A stretch of DNA of 64,000 bases from Puniceicoccaceae bacterium (GTDB taxonomy: Bacteria; Verrucomicrobiota; Verrucomicrobiia; Opitutales; Oceanipulchritudinaceae): assembly GCA_040830765.1 (NCBI GenBank), contig JBFOMH010000021.1:98716-162715 (forward strand), in the 5' to 3' direction. A model generated the notes under the pieces. That model was not told where the DNA came from. It ran no database searches and saw only the letters and a program-made list of their open reading frames with translations. Positions 20,401-31,899 of the stretch are shown piece by piece. Positions within the stretch are counted from its first letter, which is position 1; every line of letters begins with the position of its first letter. Made by a program: the position numbers and the translations under genes.

Positions 20401-22134
20401 CAGATCAAGATTGCCCAGGGTGCCAAGCCTGGTGAAGGCGGGGAACTGCCTGGTTCCAAGGTTTATCCGTGGGTCGCCAAGGTCCGGCACTCAACCCCGG
20501 GCGTGGGACTGGTATCTCCGCCTCCGCACCACGATATTTATTCCATTGAGGATTTGGCTGAGCTCATCCATGACCTCAAGAACGCCAACCGCAACGCACG
20601 TATCAACGTCAAGCTGGTGGCGGAAGTCGGGGTGGGGACCATTGCCGCCGGGGTGGCCAAGGGCCATGCCGATGTCATCCTCATTTCCGGGCATGATGGG
20701 GGAACCGGTGCGTCACCGGCCTCTTCCATCTACAACGCCGGTGCTCCATGGGAACTGGGCCTTGCTGAGACCAACCAGATTCTCCTCCTTAATGACTTGC
20801 GCAGCCGCGTCGTCCTGGAAACCGACGGCCAGTTGAAGACCGGTCGCGACGTGGCCATTGCGGCCCTGCTCGGGGCCGAGGAGTTTGGTTTCGCCACGGC
20901 TCCCTTGGTCACCATGGGCTGTCTCATGATGCGGGTCTGCCAGAAGAACACCTGTCCGGTTGGGGTCGCCACCCAGGATCCCCGCCTGCGGAAAAACTTC
21001 ACCGGGGACCCTGACCATGTTGTCAACTTCATGCGTTTCATCGCCATGGAGATGCGGGAAATCATGGCTGAGCTTGGTTTCCGCACCGTGAGTGAGATGG
21101 TCGGGCATGTCGACATGCTGGATACCCTGGATGCTATCGACCACTGGAAGGCCAAGGGTATCGACCTGACCAGTATTTTCCACAAGCCGGACGTCGACGA
21201 GACCGTTGGTACCTACTGCCAGAAGGAACAGGACCATGGGTTGGAGCATTCCCTCGACGTGACGCACCTGCTGCACCTTTGCAAGCCGGCTATTGACCGG
21301 GGCGAAAAGGTCCGGGCAGAGCTGCCCATTATCAACGTCAACCGGGTCGTCGGCACCATCACTGGAAGTGCCATCACGCGTTCGCACGGTGGCGAGGGCC
21401 TCCCGGAGGATACGGTTTATTTAAAGTTCAATGGCAGTGCGGGCCAGTCGTTCGGTGCCTTCACACCAAAGGGGATGACCTTTGAACTGGAAGGCGACGC
21501 CAACGATTACCTCGGCAAGGGCCTCTCGGGTTCCAAGCTGATTGTCTATCCGCCGCGCGGTTCCAAGTTCAAGCCGCATGAGCAGACCCTCATCGGCAAC
21601 GTGGCCTTCTACGGGGCAACCGATGGTGAAGCCTTCATCAACGGGATTGCCGGGGAACGCTTTTGCGTCCGCAATTCGGGTGTGCGTGCAGTTGTCGAGG
21701 GTGTGGGCGACCACGCCTGCGAGTACATGACGGGTGGCGAGGTTGTTTGCATCGGCAGCACCGGGCGTAACTTCGCCGCCGGCATGTCGGGCGGCATTGC
21801 CTACGTGCTTGATGAATCGGGCGACTTCCAGACCCTGCTGAACCATGACATGGTCAACCTCTACCGCCTGGTGGAGTGCGAGGAGAAGGAAATTGCAGCC
21901 GTCCGGGAACGGATTGTCCGGCATGTTGATTATACCAAGTCCGAGCGGGGCCAGTGGGTCATCGACAACTGGGACGAGCTGCTTCCAAAATTCGTCAAGG
22001 TCCTGCCACGCGACTACGAGCGCATGCTCAATGCCTTCAAGAAGGTTGAGGAGCAGGGGCTTTCCGGCGACGAGGCGGCCATGGCCGCCTTCGAGGAAAA
22101 CCTCAACGACCTGGCCCGTGTAGCCGGAAACTAA
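17464..22134 (+). CDS. gltB: Glutamate synthase large subunit
   Basis: EKDSCGVG Ntn nucleophile, [44 protein letters not shown]e-S motif, GXGXG domain. Confidence 0.98.
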   Translation: MPESNKTPLGWPEPQGLWDPSREKDSCGVGFIAHMKGKRSHDIIQKTLTMNQHMIHRGASGSDPDTGDGAGIFIQTPDKFLRKVMAEKGIELPDEGHYGAGLVFLSPNASEREATMQLFEHIIREEGQKFIAWRTVPVKSEILGKTSGQYEPVIKQVFIARAPDVADIMDFERKLYMIRKRVGNAIRFNEVPSQFYDVHRTTKNSFPGGEYFYVTGLSARTMIYKGMLTPCQLAEYFPDFHDPDFESALALMHTRFSTNTFPSWPRAHPNRFIAHNGEINTVMGNENFMKAREALCQSDKFGEDIEKLFPVVNEDGSDSARFDNVLEFMHLGGYDLAHAVMMMIPEPWERHEHMTPAKKAFYEFHACLMEPWDGPASITFSDGYQIGAVLDRNGLRPSRYYVTEDDLVIMASEVGVLPDLDPLTVVRKGRLQPGRMFLVDMNEGRIIPDEEVKERVYNAKPYAEWLEQRRLNQSDLPEPEEVPGTNEDRLRERQIAFGYSYEDLRFLLGPTAEKGVQPIASMGNDTPLAVLSNQSKLMYQYFKQIFAQVTNPALDCIREELVTATETFIGSEGNLLQPGPDSCRMIRLESPLINNKVLAQLREISIEGFLSATLDMVFPAEQGGEGLQNALERLFSEADTAINSGVNVLILSDRNITQKKAAIPTLLAMAGLHHHLVRSGTRTRVSIVLETGEAREVHHFSVLLGYGADAINPYMAFESLDQMIQENMLGLDLDKAIYNYLKGSTKGVVKTMAKMGISTVASYRGAQIFEAIGISTRLIKKYFTGTAGRVEGVGINEIAEEVLRRHRKAFPDRHVEDDERALDPGGMYQWRRKGEYHLFNPRTIHLLQKAVRTGDYASFKEYSQQVNDHSESFCTLRGLMKFKNNRKSIPIDEVEPIEAITKRFKTGAMSYGSISQEAHETLAIAMNRIGGKSNTGEGGEDPIRFKPLPNGDSKRSAIKQVASGRFGVTSEYLVNSDEIQIKIAQGAKPGEGGELPGSKVYPWVAKVRHSTPGVGLVSPPPHHDIYSIEDLAELIHDLKNANRNARINVKLVAEVGVGTIAAGVAKGHADVILISGHDGGTGASPASSIYNAGAPWELGLAETNQILLLNDLRSRVVLETDGQLKTGRDVAIAALLGAEEFGFATAPLVTMGCLMMRVCQKNTCPVGVATQDPRLRKNFTGDPDHVVNFMRFIAMEMREIMAELGFRTVSEMVGHVDMLDTLDAIDHWKAKGIDLTSIFHKPDVDETVGTYCQKEQDHGLEHSLDVTHLLHLCKPAIDRGEKVRAELPIINVNRVVGTITGSAITRSHGGEGLPEDTVYLKFNGSAGQSFGAFTPKGMTFELEGDANDYLGKGLSGSKLIVYPPRGSKFKPHEQTLIGNVAFYGATDGEAFINGIAGERFCVRNSGVRAVVEGVGDHACEYMTGGEVVCIGSTGRNFAAGMSGGIAYVLDESGDFQTLLNHDMVNLYRLVECEEKEIAAVRERIVRHVDYTKSERGQWVIDNWDELLPKFVKVLPRDYERMLNAFKKVEEQGLSGDEAAMAAFEENLNDLARVAGN

Positions 22135-22157
22135 TTACATTTGCGAAAGATTGAATC

Positions 22158-23648
22158 ATGGGAAAACCAACAGGATTTCTTGAAGTAGAACGCCAGACGA
22201 TCAGCGAGTTGGATCCAAAGGAACGGATCAAGAACTGGAAGGAGTTCAAGGTTCATCCGGAGGATGACCACTTGCGCAACCAGGGGTCGCGCTGCATGGA
22301 CTGCGGCACGCCTTTTTGCCATACGGGACACATCGTCTCCGGCATGGCCAGTGGTTGCCCGATCAACAACCTTATCCCGGAATTCAATGACCTCGTTTAC
22401 CGGGGCCGTTGGAAGGAAGCGTTGGACCGTCTGCACAAGACGAACAACTTTCCGGAATTCACGGGACGCGTTTGTCCCGCTCCATGTGAAGGTTCCTGTG
22501 TCCTTGGGGTGATTGAGCCGCCGGTGACGATCAAGAACATTGAGTGTTCCATCATCGACCGTGGCTGGGACGAGGGCTGGGTTACTCCGGAGCCGCCGGA
22601 GAAGCGCACCGGCAAGACTGTGGCGGTGATTGGCTCCGGACCTGCTGGACTGGCTTGTGCCGACCAACTCAACCAGGCCGGGCACGAAGTGACAGTCTAT
22701 GAGCGCGCCGACCGCATCGGCGGTCTCCTGATGTACGGCATCCCGAACATGAAGCTGGACAAGCAGGAAGTCGTGCAGCGCCGCGTCGATCTGATGGAAG
22801 CTGAAGGCGTGAAATTTGTCACCGGTTGCGAGATTGGCAAGGATGTCACTTCCAATGAGCTGCAGGAAAAGTTTGATGCGGTGGTCTTCTGCACAGGAGC
22901 GACCAAGCCGCGTGATCTGCCGATTCCGGGACGGGAACTGAACGGGGTCCACTTCGCGATGGAGTTCCTGACCGGCAACACCAAGCACATTCTTGACACG
23001 GACTTCGACGAGTCCATGCCGGCGATCAATGCCAAGGGCAAGAATGTGGTTGTCATCGGGGGTGGTGATACCGGTACCGACTGTGTCGGGACATCCATCC
23101 GCCACGGTGCCAACAGCGTTGTCCAGCTGGAGATCCTGCCCAAGCCGCCGGAGACCCGCCAGGCCAACAACCCATGGCCGGAATGGCCCAAGGTCTACAA
23201 GATGGATTACGGCCAGGAAGAGGCCGCTGCCCTCCAGGGCGAGGATCCGCGTACTTACCTGGTCATGACAGAGCGTTTTATTGACGATGGAAACGGCAAC
23301 CTTTCCGGACTGGAAATTGTCGACATCGAGTGGGATCGCAACGAGGAAGGGCAGTTCATCCCCGTCAAGAAGGAGGATACGCGCCGGACCATTCCCGCCG
23401 AGCTGGTGACTTTGGCGATGGGATTCCTCGGGCCGGAAGAGACCGCTGGCGACCAGCTGGGCCTCGAGACCGACCAGCGCTCCAACATCAAGGCTGAACA
23501 CGAGAAGTACACCACGAATGTCGAAGGCGTCTTTGCCGCCGGCGATTGCCGTCGTGGCCAAAGCCTCGTCGTCTGGGCTATCAACGAAGGCCGGGGAGCG
23601 GCACGTGAAGTGGATCGCTACCTCATGGGTGTGACCCAGCTTCCCTAA
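22158..23648 (+). CDS. gltD: Glutamate synthase small subunit
   Basis: [47 protein letters not shown]. Confidence 0.97.
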   Translation: MGKPTGFLEVERQTISELDPKERIKNWKEFKVHPEDDHLRNQGSRCMDCGTPFCHTGHIVSGMASGCPINNLIPEFNDLVYRGRWKEALDRLHKTNNFPEFTGRVCPAPCEGSCVLGVIEPPVTIKNIECSIIDRGWDEGWVTPEPPEKRTGKTVAVIGSGPAGLACADQLNQAGHEVTVYERADRIGGLLMYGIPNMKLDKQEVVQRRVDLMEAEGVKFVTGCEIGKDVTSNELQEKFDAVVFCTGATKPRDLPIPGRELNGVHFAMEFLTGNTKHILDTDFDESMPAINAKGKNVVVIGGGDTGTDCVGTSIRHGANSVVQLEILPKPPETRQANNPWPEWPKVYKMDYGQEEAAALQGEDPRTYLVMTERFIDDGNGNLSGLEIVDIEWDRNEEGQFIPVKKEDTRRTIPAELVTLAMGFLGPEETAGDQLGLETDQRSNIKAEHEKYTTNVEGVFAAGDCRRGQSLVVWAINEGRGAAREVDRYLMGVTQLP

Positions 23649-23672
23649 GCCATTGGTCTTCAGCTTTCCTCC

Positions 23673-26132
23673 TCAAGCCCCGACCTGTTGGTCAAAGGTG
23701 AGGAAGCTTTTGTGACGCTGCTGCTGGCGTGGAGTCAGAGGAGGCAGTTCCTCAAGGCTGACATCACGGGGGAACTTGGCGATTTCCTCCGTTGCGGCCT
23801 GCTTCAGTTGCAGCCACCGGTCCCAGTTGAGGTACGGGGCATGTGCGATATGACGCAAAAGGCTGCGCCATTCGAGCCGCACCCTTTCGATATCGCCAGT
23901 ACGGAGTTCGGCATCTGATCTGAGAAGGCTTTGCCGTGCTCCGGGTTCAAAGAGGACTTCAGCTGCCCCTTCTCCATAGGTCGAGGGGAGGCCGCGAGAA
24001 AGGTAACCGGGAAAGGTGACCAGCCCGTAAGCTGCACGGCAGGCCGTTTCCAGCCGGTTGGAGGCGAACTCATGAGCCCCGAAGCGATGACCGGCCCGAA
24101 GGTTGGCCAGATCGAGAAGGAGGTCGCCAATGGCATAGGCGGCATCCTCGAGTGCTGCCGCTATGGCCAGTCCCTCCCCGTAATTGAAGAAACTGAAGAG
24201 AATGCCGCGCCGGGTCGGTGAGGCATGATGGTCGATGAGGCCAAGGCTGTGCCAGATGTCGGCGGTTGTCAGCTTATTGCCTGACTTGGCCAGGTCGTGT
24301 TCATCTGGCATGTGGAGGTCCGCCTCATGGGTGACGGAGCGCTCGACCGGATTGATCAGCGCATGGCCTTGTGAATCACTATGGGCGTAGGTCAGCGCTG
24401 TTTCGTAGTTAAGAACTGCATACAACATGTCATTGCGTTCTATCCAGCTGTGGAAGGTTCCGCCTTGTGACAGTTGGGGAAGCAAGGGCAGGATTCGCGA
24501 CTCGACCTTGTCCAGCTTCCAGCCCATGCGGCGCCAGCGACGCTTTCTGGAAACTGGTGTGCTGTTGAGTGAGCGGACCAGCCAGCGGCTGAGAACGAGC
24601 TCGCCTTCCTTCTCATCGCGGCCAAAACGAGCCACGGGAACCTGTCGCCCATAACGGGTGGATTTGTTTCCCGGGATCCGGCACAGGTTTCCGCATTTCA
24701 GGCCGGACAAGCTTTCGGGAACGGAAAGGACCGGCTTCCACTCACCTTTGTGCCGGATCAAGGCGCGTCCCATCGGGGCGGCTCGGGCAGTCTTCTTGCG
24801 TTCCCATGTCCCATCCATCGCCTGGAATTCGACGACTTCCTGGGCAATGATGCGGTGCTGCTGGACGCGGCCGGAGGGACCCTTGGCATTGAAATCAGCC
24901 AGGCCAAGGGCGATTCGCTGAATACTAAACAGCCTGCGGGTCAGATCGTGGGCGGCATTGGTAGGGTCCTTGCTGGACTCAATGGCAGCCTGCATGACGC
25001 CAATAAGACTGGGCCAGTCGATCTGGTTGGTTCGCTTGAGATGTAGGGGCCGGGCTTCCTGTAGGCGAGGCTTGCCGGTGGCCACGGCAATATAACCGAC
25101 CTTGTCCATGCCACGGCGACCGGCCCTCCCGAACATCTGCAGGAGTTCATCCGGCCTGACTTCATGGACTTTCTCACCCGATCGGTATTCGCGATCGGTG
25201 ACCAGGACCGAGCGCATGGAGAAATTGATTCCGGCGGCCAGACCCATGGTCGCGACGACCACCCGCAATTGACCGGCCTTGGCCAGGGGCTCGATAAGGC
25301 CCGCCCGTTGACCGTAATCAAGCCCGCTGTGATGGTAGGCCACACGTGCCCGCAACAGTTTCTTCAAACGGTCGCCGGCTAGTTTTTCCTGCTCCGGAGT
25401 GAGGATCAGGGGATCCTCCTCGGGGAGCATGCGGGCAATATCGTGGGCAAGATCCTCCGCTGCCTTGCGCCTTGGAGCAAAGGCCAGCAGCGGAGCCATG
25501 CCGGCCTTGAGGACGCGGGCAACGGCCCGTGGCCAGAAGCCCCGGACGGACGGCGGAATGCGGTTTGGCAGTCCGTCTATATGGATCTCCTCCAGGGGAA
25601 CCGGACGCTTGCTGTGTTGGACCAACTCAACCTTCCTTCCAAGTCGCTTCAGCCATTCGACGACATGCTTGGGATTGCCGACCGAACCACTGAGCAGGAG
25701 CAGTTGAGTTGCTGCAGGCGCACAGGCGATGGCCAACTCGTAGTTCAGGCCGCGCTGTTCGTCCCCGAGCATCTGGTATTCATCAATGACCAGCAAGTCG
25801 GGGCCTTCTCCACGGAGAAGTTTCCCCTTCTGGGTTTCCAGGGTGGCGACAATTACTTTGGCTTCCGAATTCTCCGAGCGGTCCCCGGTGGCGATACCGA
25901 CATCCCACCCGCGGCGCATCCATTCCAACCTTTTGTCATTGGCCAGTGCCCGGGTAGGAACTGTATAGACAGCCTTGCCATCAAATCCGCCCTCGATGAT
26001 CAGTTCGAAAACATAGGTCTTTCCCGCCCCGGTCGGCGCAGCGACAACCACATCCGCCTTGTTGCGCAGTGCGCGGATAGCCTGTTGCTGCCACAAGTCC
26101 GGGAGCTTCAACTGGGTCTCGAGCTGATCCAT
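23673..26132 (-). CDS. Ski2-like SF2 helicase with long C-terminal region
   Basis: APTGAGKT, PTRALAN, IDEYQ, YHHSGL, QMFGRAGRRG; start placed at ATG 26132. Confidence 0.9.
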   Translation of the reverse strand: MDQLETQLKLPDLWQQQAIRALRNKADVVVAAPTGAGKTYVFELIIEGGFDGKAVYTVPTRALANDKRLEWMRRGWDVGIATGDRSENSEAKVIVATLETQKGKLLRGEGPDLLVIDEYQMLGDEQRGLNYELAIACAPAATQLLLLSGSVGNPKHVVEWLKRLGRKVELVQHSKRPVPLEEIHIDGLPNRIPPSVRGFWPRAVARVLKAGMAPLLAFAPRRKAAEDLAHDIARMLPEEDPLILTPEQEKLAGDRLKKLLRARVAYHHSGLDYGQRAGLIEPLAKAGQLRVVVATMGLAAGINFSMRSVLVTDREYRSGEKVHEVRPDELLQMFGRAGRRGMDKVGYIAVATGKPRLQEARPLHLKRTNQIDWPSLIGVMQAAIESSKDPTNAAHDLTRRLFSIQRIALGLADFNAKGPSGRVQQHRIIAQEVVEFQAMDGTWERKKTARAAPMGRALIRHKGEWKPVLSVPESLSGLKCGNLCRIPGNKSTRYGRQVPVARFGRDEKEGELVLSRWLVRSLNSTPVSRKRRWRRMGWKLDKVESRILPLLPQLSQGGTFHSWIERNDMLYAVLNYETALTYAHSDSQGHALINPVERSVTHEADLHMPDEHDLAKSGNKLTTADIWHSLGLIDHHASPTRRGILFSFFNYGEGLAIAAALEDAAYAIGDLLLDLANLRAGHRFGAHEFASNRLETACRAAYGLVTFPGYLSRGLPSTYGEGAAEVLFEPGARQSLLRSDAELRTGDIERVRLEWRSLLRHIAHAPYLNWDRWLQLKQAATEEIAKFPRDVSLEELPPLTPRQQQRHKSFLTFDQQVGA

Positions 26133-26133
26133 T

Positions 26134-26937
26134 TCACCATTTCGGACAGGCCTCGATGAGCATCCGGGTATACGGATGGGTTGGATTGGCAAAAAGTTCC
26201 TCCACCGATTCCCATTCCACTGAGCGGCCTTCCTGCAAGACCATGACCCGGTCAGCCACCTGTTGCACGACGGCGAGATCGTGTGAAATAAAGAGAAGAG
26301 TCAGTCCGCGGCGTTCCTTCAGTTCCTGCAGCAGCTTCAGTAGCTGGGCCTGGATGGACACATCAAGCGCACTGACCGGTTCATCGCAGATCAGAAAGTC
26401 TGGCTCCACAGCCAATGCACGGGCCAGCAGGAGGCGCTGCCGCTGACCTCCACTCAATTCGGAGGGATAGCGGCTCCTGATCGACGTCGGCAACTGCACA
26501 TCCTTCAGAAGCTGTTCTGTCTTTGCGCGTATGTCCTTTTTAGTGAGCCCGGGAAAGTGCAGCAGCAGGGGCTCGGCAAGGAGCTGGCCTGCGTTTAGCC
26601 TTGGATTGAGGGCTTGCCAGGGGTCTTGGAAAACCAACTGGACCGTCTTGCGATAGGGCCGGAATGCAGCCGGGTCGAGAGGGGCAACCTCTTCGCCTTC
26701 AAGGAAAACGGAACCGCTTTTCACGGGGATGAGCTTCACCAGCGCTTTGGCGATGGTGCTTTTCCCGGAACCGCTTTCCCCGACTAGGGCGACGGTCTGG
26801 CCGGCAATGACCTCAAAGCTGACATCGTGGACAACCGCTTTCCATCCCTTCTGGGTTGGATAGCCGAGGCAGATGTCCCTGCAGGCCAAAATGACTGGAT
26901 TCCCGGAATCGCCGGGGGTGCTTGCTTCCGGCATCAC
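26134..26937 (-). CDS. ABC transporter ATP-binding protein (Opp/Dpp-like)
   Basis: GESGSGKS, VFQDP, LSGGQRQR, CDEPVSALD, SHDL, P.HPYT. Confidence 0.93.
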   Translation of the reverse strand: MMPEASTPGDSGNPVILACRDICLGYPTQKGWKAVVHDVSFEVIAGQTVALVGESGSGKSTIAKALVKLIPVKSGSVFLEGEEVAPLDPAAFRPYRKTVQLVFQDPWQALNPRLNAGQLLAEPLLLHFPGLTKKDIRAKTEQLLKDVQLPTSIRSRYPSELSGGQRQRLLLARALAVEPDFLICDEPVSALDVSIQAQLLKLLQELKERRGLTLLFISHDLAVVQQVADRVMVLQEGRSVEWESVEELFANPTHPYTRMLIEACPKW

Positions 26938-27006
26938 GCCTTAATGGGAAGGGGATTCAGCGGGCCCGGCAAGTTAGAAAACGTATTTCCCAGACTATCC
27001 TGACTG

Positions 27007-27996
27007 TTAGACAATACGCAACTTGGGCATATCCTGGCCATCCACGACCCCGATGGGATGATTTTCGGCATCTACAACCAGCAGGTCGTTGAAGGAATGC
27101 TTCTCGAATATCTTGAGCGCATCGATGGCCAACGAACCGGAAGGGATGGTCTTCGGCTGCGGTGTCATGAACCCGGAAACCGGCTTGGCCAGGATGTCAG
27201 GGGTGCACAGGGAGGCCCGGCGGAAGTCCCCGTCACTGAAGACACCGGTCAGACGGCCAGAAGCTTCATCATAAAGGGCGATTGTCCCGCAACGGGCGGA
27301 GGTAATGGCCAGAAGGGCTTCCTGGACATTGACACGGTCGGGGGCCTTGGCAAAGCGGTCGCCGGTGCGCATGATTTCATCGACCTTGAGGAGGAGGACC
27401 TTTCCGAGAGAACCTGCGGGATGATAGCGGGCGAAGTCCTCCTTGGAGAAGCCTCGCATCTCCAGATAGACCATGGCCAGGGCGTCGCCGATGGCCAGTG
27501 CAGCCGTGGTGCTCGCCGTCGGGGCCAGATTCAGGGGACAAGCCTCCTGCTCGTAATGATAGACAAGGAGGTGGTCGCAAAAGCGGGCCAGTGAGCAATC
27601 CGGAACGGCTGTAATGGCCAGTGTAATGACCCCAAGGCGTTTCAAACCCGGAATCAGGCGAAGGAGGTCCTCGGTCTCTCCGCTGTTGCTGAAGAGCAGG
27701 CAGAGATCGCCTTCCTGACAAAGCCCGAGGTCCCCGTGCAGGGCCTGGTTGGGATCGAGGAAGGCAGCTGGGACGCCGGTTGAGTTAAAGGTGCCGGCCA
27801 GCTTGAGGCAGATGGGAACGTTTTTGCCCACGCCGGTAAAGACGAGTTTCCGGTTGCCGAGAATGGCTGTTTCAATCAAGCCGATGGCATTGATAAAGGT
27901 GTCATCCAGTTTTTGTGAGGTTGATTCCAGCGCTGCTTGCTCCAATTCGAGGCATTTGCGGGCACTGGCGATGATTTCTTCGTGAGAAAGTGTCAT
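27007..27996 (-). CDS. kdsD: Arabinose-5-phosphate isomerase (KpsF/GutQ/KdsD), SIS plus CBS domains
   Basis: TGVGKN, HGDLG, SNSGET, EACPLNLAPTAST, HPAGSLG, then a CBS pair. Confidence 0.88.
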   Translation of the reverse strand: MTLSHEEIIASARKCLELEQAALESTSQKLDDTFINAIGLIETAILGNRKLVFTGVGKNVPICLKLAGTFNSTGVPAAFLDPNQALHGDLGLCQEGDLCLLFSNSGETEDLLRLIPGLKRLGVITLAITAVPDCSLARFCDHLLVYHYEQEACPLNLAPTASTTAALAIGDALAMVYLEMRGFSKEDFARYHPAGSLGKVLLLKVDEIMRTGDRFAKAPDRVNVQEALLAITSARCGTIALYDEASGRLTGVFSDGDFRRASLCTPDILAKPVSGFMTPQPKTIPSGSLAIDALKIFEKHSFNDLLVVDAENHPIGVVDGQDMPKLRIV

Positions 27997-28060
27997 TGGA
28001 TGAAGTTTATGGTTGGGTTTGTTTGCAGAAAAACGATAAAACCCAAATCTTTGATAGCAG

Positions 28061-28861
28061 ATGGAGTTTGGGAGAAAAGTTAAAAGCCTCAGGATTTTTG
28101 TATCAACAGCATTGTTGGCGGGAATCCTCTTGGGATTCATGACCGCCTGCAGTCCTTCAGGTTCGGTAACTGAGGAGACGGACGAGCGGGCCTACCGGCG
28201 CGGCAAGAGCCTCCTTCGGGAGGGACGCAAGGATGAAGCCCTGCAAGCTTTCCTGGCAGTCATCAACTCTCGCAGTGATGCCACGGAGTCTCACCTTGAG
28301 GCAGGGCTGCTTTATCTCAATCATCTCAAGGATCCGCTGGCCGCAATTTATCATTTCCGGACTTACCTGGCGCTCAATCCTGAGGGGGAATACGTGGAAT
28401 TTGTTCAGGACCTCATCCTGACTGCACAAAAGGACTACGCCAAAACCCTGCCCGGAGAGCCCTTTGGCGACGCGGTTGACCGGGTCAACCTCATGGAAAC
28501 GGTCAAGAATCTCCAGGAGGAAAATGAATCCCTGAAGCAGAACATCCTGCAACTGCAGCGGCAAATCAACGAACAGGAAAGCGAGTTGCTGAGGCAGCAA
28601 AGCGCCTTTACCGCAGCCCGGCCGCAGGGCGGAACAGCGGCCGATGTCGCCCCGATTATCATTAACCAGCCGACCTCACAGCCCAGTGCGACCAATTCCG
28701 GGCAGCAATCGTACACGGTGCAGGCGGGCGATACCTTGAGCCGGATCAGCGCCAAGGTCTATGGTGAGTCCAGCCGGTGGACGGAAATCTTTGAAGCAAA
28801 CCGCGATTTGCTGCCCAGTCCGAACGCGCTCAAGCCGGGACAGGTCCTGCGCATTCCCTGA
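28061..28861 (+). CDS. TPR/coiled-coil/LysM lipoprotein
   Basis: Hydrophobic N-terminus ending in a lipobox-like FMTAC; TPR-like repeats; C-terminal LysM YTVQAGDTLSRIS...LKPGQVLRIP. Confidence 0.85.
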   Translation: MEFGRKVKSLRIFVSTALLAGILLGFMTACSPSGSVTEETDERAYRRGKSLLREGRKDEALQAFLAVINSRSDATESHLEAGLLYLNHLKDPLAAIYHFRTYLALNPEGEYVEFVQDLILTAQKDYAKTLPGEPFGDAVDRVNLMETVKNLQEENESLKQNILQLQRQINEQESELLRQQSAFTAARPQGGTAADVAPIIINQPTSQPSATNSGQQSYTVQAGDTLSRISAKVYGESSRWTEIFEANRDLLPSPNALKPGQVLRIP

Positions 28862-30030
28862 TGACCTACTTTGACTGGAATGCCACTGCACCATTACTGG
28901 ATGAGGCCCGTGATGCCTGGCTGAGGGCTTCTGAATCAGCTTGGGCGAATCCTTCCGTGGCCTATCGGGTGGGGGTGCAGGCCCGCCTTGAGCTGGATGA
29001 GGCAAGGGACTGGCTGGCTGCACAATTCTGCGTCGGTCCCGAGCAAGTGATTTTCACCTCCGGGGCGACTGAGGCCAGCAACGGGTTTGTTCGAGAGTCA
29101 GCCCGGCGCACTGGGCCCAATGGGGAAATTTGGATTTCCGCGGTGGAACATCCTGCAGTTCGGGCCACTGCGCTTGAGTACTGGGGGGAAGGCCGTGTCC
29201 GTCAAATCCCGGTCCAGCCTTCTGGTGAATTGGATCTGGATTGGCTGGAGAGCCGGATGAAGACCCACCGCCCCTCGCTGGTATGCGTGATGGCGGTCAA
29301 CAACGAGACCGGGGTAATCCAGCCGTGGCAGGCAGTTGCCGAGCTTTGCCGTGTCCACAGGGTGGCCTATTTCTGTGATGCGGTCCAATGGATGGGAAAA
29401 CGCGAATTAGCAGGGCAGCCGTGGGCACACTGTGCCGGTGTTGCCCTCAGCGGGCACAAGTTTGGCGGACCCAAGGGGATCGGTTGCCTGATCCTTGGAC
29501 CTGAGTGGAGCGGAATGAAGATTCAGGCCGGTGGTTCACAGGAATTTGCATCCCGGTCGGGGACGGAGAACATTGCCGGAGTGGTCTCGATGGTCGCCGC
29601 GTTGCGGCAACGGATGACCTGTCCCTCACCGGAGGCTCTGCAGACTGCAAGGGACGGGTTTGAGCAGAAGCTTTTGGAGCTCTGGGACGATGCCGTGACG
29701 ATACATGGGGCAGGGGCCCAGCGCGTCTGGAACACCTGCTCGGTGGCTCTTCCAGGATTTCCCTCCAACCGTTGGATTGCCCGTCTTGATCGACGGGGCT
29801 TCCAGATTTCTGCGGGATCCGCCTGTTCTACGGGAAAGGCGGGTCCTTCGCCCGTATTGACCGCTATGAGCATTCCGGATGAGGTCGCCCGCCGGACCGT
29901 TCGCATCAGTGGGGGCTGGGAGACACGACCAGAGGATTGGCAGGCCCTTTTTGTTGCGCTCAAGGAGGTGCATGGTGAATTGGAGGAACCGGGAAAATTG
30001 GATGGCCCGGGCCGGATAATCCAGATTTAA
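28861..30030 (+). CDS. Cysteine desulfurase (IscS/NifS type)
   Basis: YFDWNAT, TSGATE, NNETG, DAVQ, SGHKFGGPKG, GSACST. Confidence 0.92.
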   Translation: MTYFDWNATAPLLDEARDAWLRASESAWANPSVAYRVGVQARLELDEARDWLAAQFCVGPEQVIFTSGATEASNGFVRESARRTGPNGEIWISAVEHPAVRATALEYWGEGRVRQIPVQPSGELDLDWLESRMKTHRPSLVCVMAVNNETGVIQPWQAVAELCRVHRVAYFCDAVQWMGKRELAGQPWAHCAGVALSGHKFGGPKGIGCLILGPEWSGMKIQAGGSQEFASRSGTENIAGVVSMVAALRQRMTCPSPEALQTARDGFEQKLLELWDDAVTIHGAGAQRVWNTCSVALPGFPSNRWIARLDRRGFQISAGSACSTGKAGPSPVLTAMSIPDEVARRTVRISGGWETRPEDWQALFVALKEVHGELEEPGKLDGPGRIIQI

Positions 30031-30037
30031 AGACACC

Positions 30038-31138
30038 ATGCGGTTTCAAGGCATCAAGGCTCACGCCTTTCGCAACTTTGATTTGCTGGAGGCAAGCTTC
30101 ACGGGGAAGGCCCATTTCGTCTGTGGTGGCAATGGGCAAGGGAAAACCAACTTGCTGGAGGCCCTCGGCCTGGTAACCAGTCTCCGTTCCTTCCGCACGA
30201 ATGAAGTTCCTGCCCTGATCCGGTGGGAGGCCCAGCCACGGGAAGCCGTGCTGCTCTACGACATTGTCCACGAGACGCTCGGCGAAACCCAGTTGGAACT
30301 GCGCCTGCGGCCCGGTTTCAAGAAGGTCCTGCTCGATGGCGATCCGGTCCGTAAACTCGGTGATATCCTCGGCTATTTCCCGACGATTACTTTCAGTTCC
30401 CAGGACATCCAGATACTGAGGGGGGCTCCCTCGTTGAGGAGGCGATTCATGGACATGATGTTTGTCCTCATGGACCCGGCCTATTACGAGGTACTGACGC
30501 GCTATTACCAGGCCTTGAAATCCAGGAATGCCCTCTTGAAGCAACGGGCACCAATGAACCGGCGTCGTTCATTCGAGGAATTACTGATCCGGGAGGGTTG
30601 GCGCCTGACCGAGATGCGCCGGGTTCTCCTGCGTCTTTTCCTGCCACACTTTACTGCTGCTTACGGTGGTATCAGCCAAGTCGAGGAAGCGCCGGGTCTG
30701 CTTTACCAGCCATCCATTGATGCCGCGGACGAGTCAGAATATGAGGCTGCGTTCCTGGCCGCCTCCCGGCGCGATGAGGATACGGCCTCGACCAATCGGG
30801 GCCCGCACCGGGATGACCTTGAAATCCGCCTCCAGGACCATCCAGCCCGGGAATTTGCCAGCGAGGGGCAGCAGCGGGGACTGGTCCTTTCGCTGCGAAT
30901 GGGATTAGTCCACTGGCACCGGGAGCGGGGTGGGACGCCTCCCGTCATCCTTGCCGATGATATTGTCGGTGAGCTCGATGCCAGCCGACGGCAGGGTTTC
31001 TGGAGCATGCTGGGGAACGACTGCCAGATAATCGCCACCGGGACGGCGTTTTCCCGTGAGGATAACTTTCATAACTGGACCCATTGGAAAATGGAGGAGG
31101 GGATTCTTGAGCAAGACCGCATGGAGGGTGCGGGATGA
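30038..31138 (+). CDS. recF: DNA replication/repair protein RecF
   Basis: FRNF, GGNGQGKTNLLEA, SFR, GPHRDD, SEGQQR, ILADD..ELD. Confidence 0.95.
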   Translation: MRFQGIKAHAFRNFDLLEASFTGKAHFVCGGNGQGKTNLLEALGLVTSLRSFRTNEVPALIRWEAQPREAVLLYDIVHETLGETQLELRLRPGFKKVLLDGDPVRKLGDILGYFPTITFSSQDIQILRGAPSLRRRFMDMMFVLMDPAYYEVLTRYYQALKSRNALLKQRAPMNRRRSFEELLIREGWRLTEMRRVLLRLFLPHFTAAYGGISQVEEAPGLLYQPSIDAADESEYEAAFLAASRRDEDTASTNRGPHRDDLEIRLQDHPAREFASEGQQRGLVLSLRMGLVHWHRERGGTPPVILADDIVGELDASRRQGFWSMLGNDCQIIATGTAFSREDNFHNWTHWKMEEGILEQDRMEGAG

Positions 31139-31884
31139 CTCCACTTGACTGGATGATTGTCATGCTGGGGGCCTTGCTGGTGGGCCTTGGCAAGGGCGGC
31201 ATTGTTGGTGTCGGCAACCTGACAGTCATCCTCTTTGCCATGGTCTTTGAGGCCAAGGCCTCCGTGGGTCTTCTTCTGCCTGTCCTCATCAGTGCTGATA
31301 TTGTCGCCATCACGGTTTATCGCCGGCATGCCGACTGGACTCAACTGGGACGATTGCTCCCGTGGATGCTCGTCGGGATTGTTATCGGATACTTCCTCTT
31401 TGGCCGGATGAGTGACCTGACGGTAAGGCGGCTCATTGGAGGCATCGTGCTGGCCATGACGATGGTGCAAATCTGGCGCACCCTGGCCCGCCAAGCCGGC
31501 AAGGTCGATTTTGCGGAACGGATTCCCCATACCTTTGGATTCCGGTCATCCCTGGGCCTGTTGGGCGGTTTTGCCACCATGGTGGCCAATGCGGCAGGAC
31601 CGGTGGGGCAACTTTACTTTATCAGTGTCGGTCTGCCTAAACTGGTCTTTATCGGGACCAGCGCGTGGTGCTTTTTCATCGTCAACGTTGTCAAGGTGCC
31701 CCTGCAGGCCCACCTGGGCATCATCAACCTTGAATCGTTGCAGATAAGCCTGGCATTGGCCCCGTTTGCCATGGCCGGTGCTGCTGTCGCTCCCAAGGTG
31801 GTAAAATTTATCCCGCAGAAAATTTTCACGATTGCGGTGTGGTTCTTTATTGTCCTTGCCGGGGTCAAGTTGACCTTTTTCTAA
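31135..31884 (+). CDS. Sulfite exporter TauE/SafE family membrane protein
   Basis: Multi-TM; GLGKGG and ANAAGP motifs. Confidence 0.8.
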   Translation: MTPLDWMIVMLGALLVGLGKGGIVGVGNLTVILFAMVFEAKASVGLLLPVLISADIVAITVYRRHADWTQLGRLLPWMLVGIVIGYFLFGRMSDLTVRRLIGGIVLAMTMVQIWRTLARQAGKVDFAERIPHTFGFRSSLGLLGGFATMVANAAGPVGQLYFISVGLPKLVFIGTSAWCFFIVNVVKVPLQAHLGIINLESLQISLALAPFAMAGAAVAPKVVKFIPQKIFTIAVWFFIVLAGVKLTFF

Positions 31885-31899
31885 TCAACAGAGCGGATC

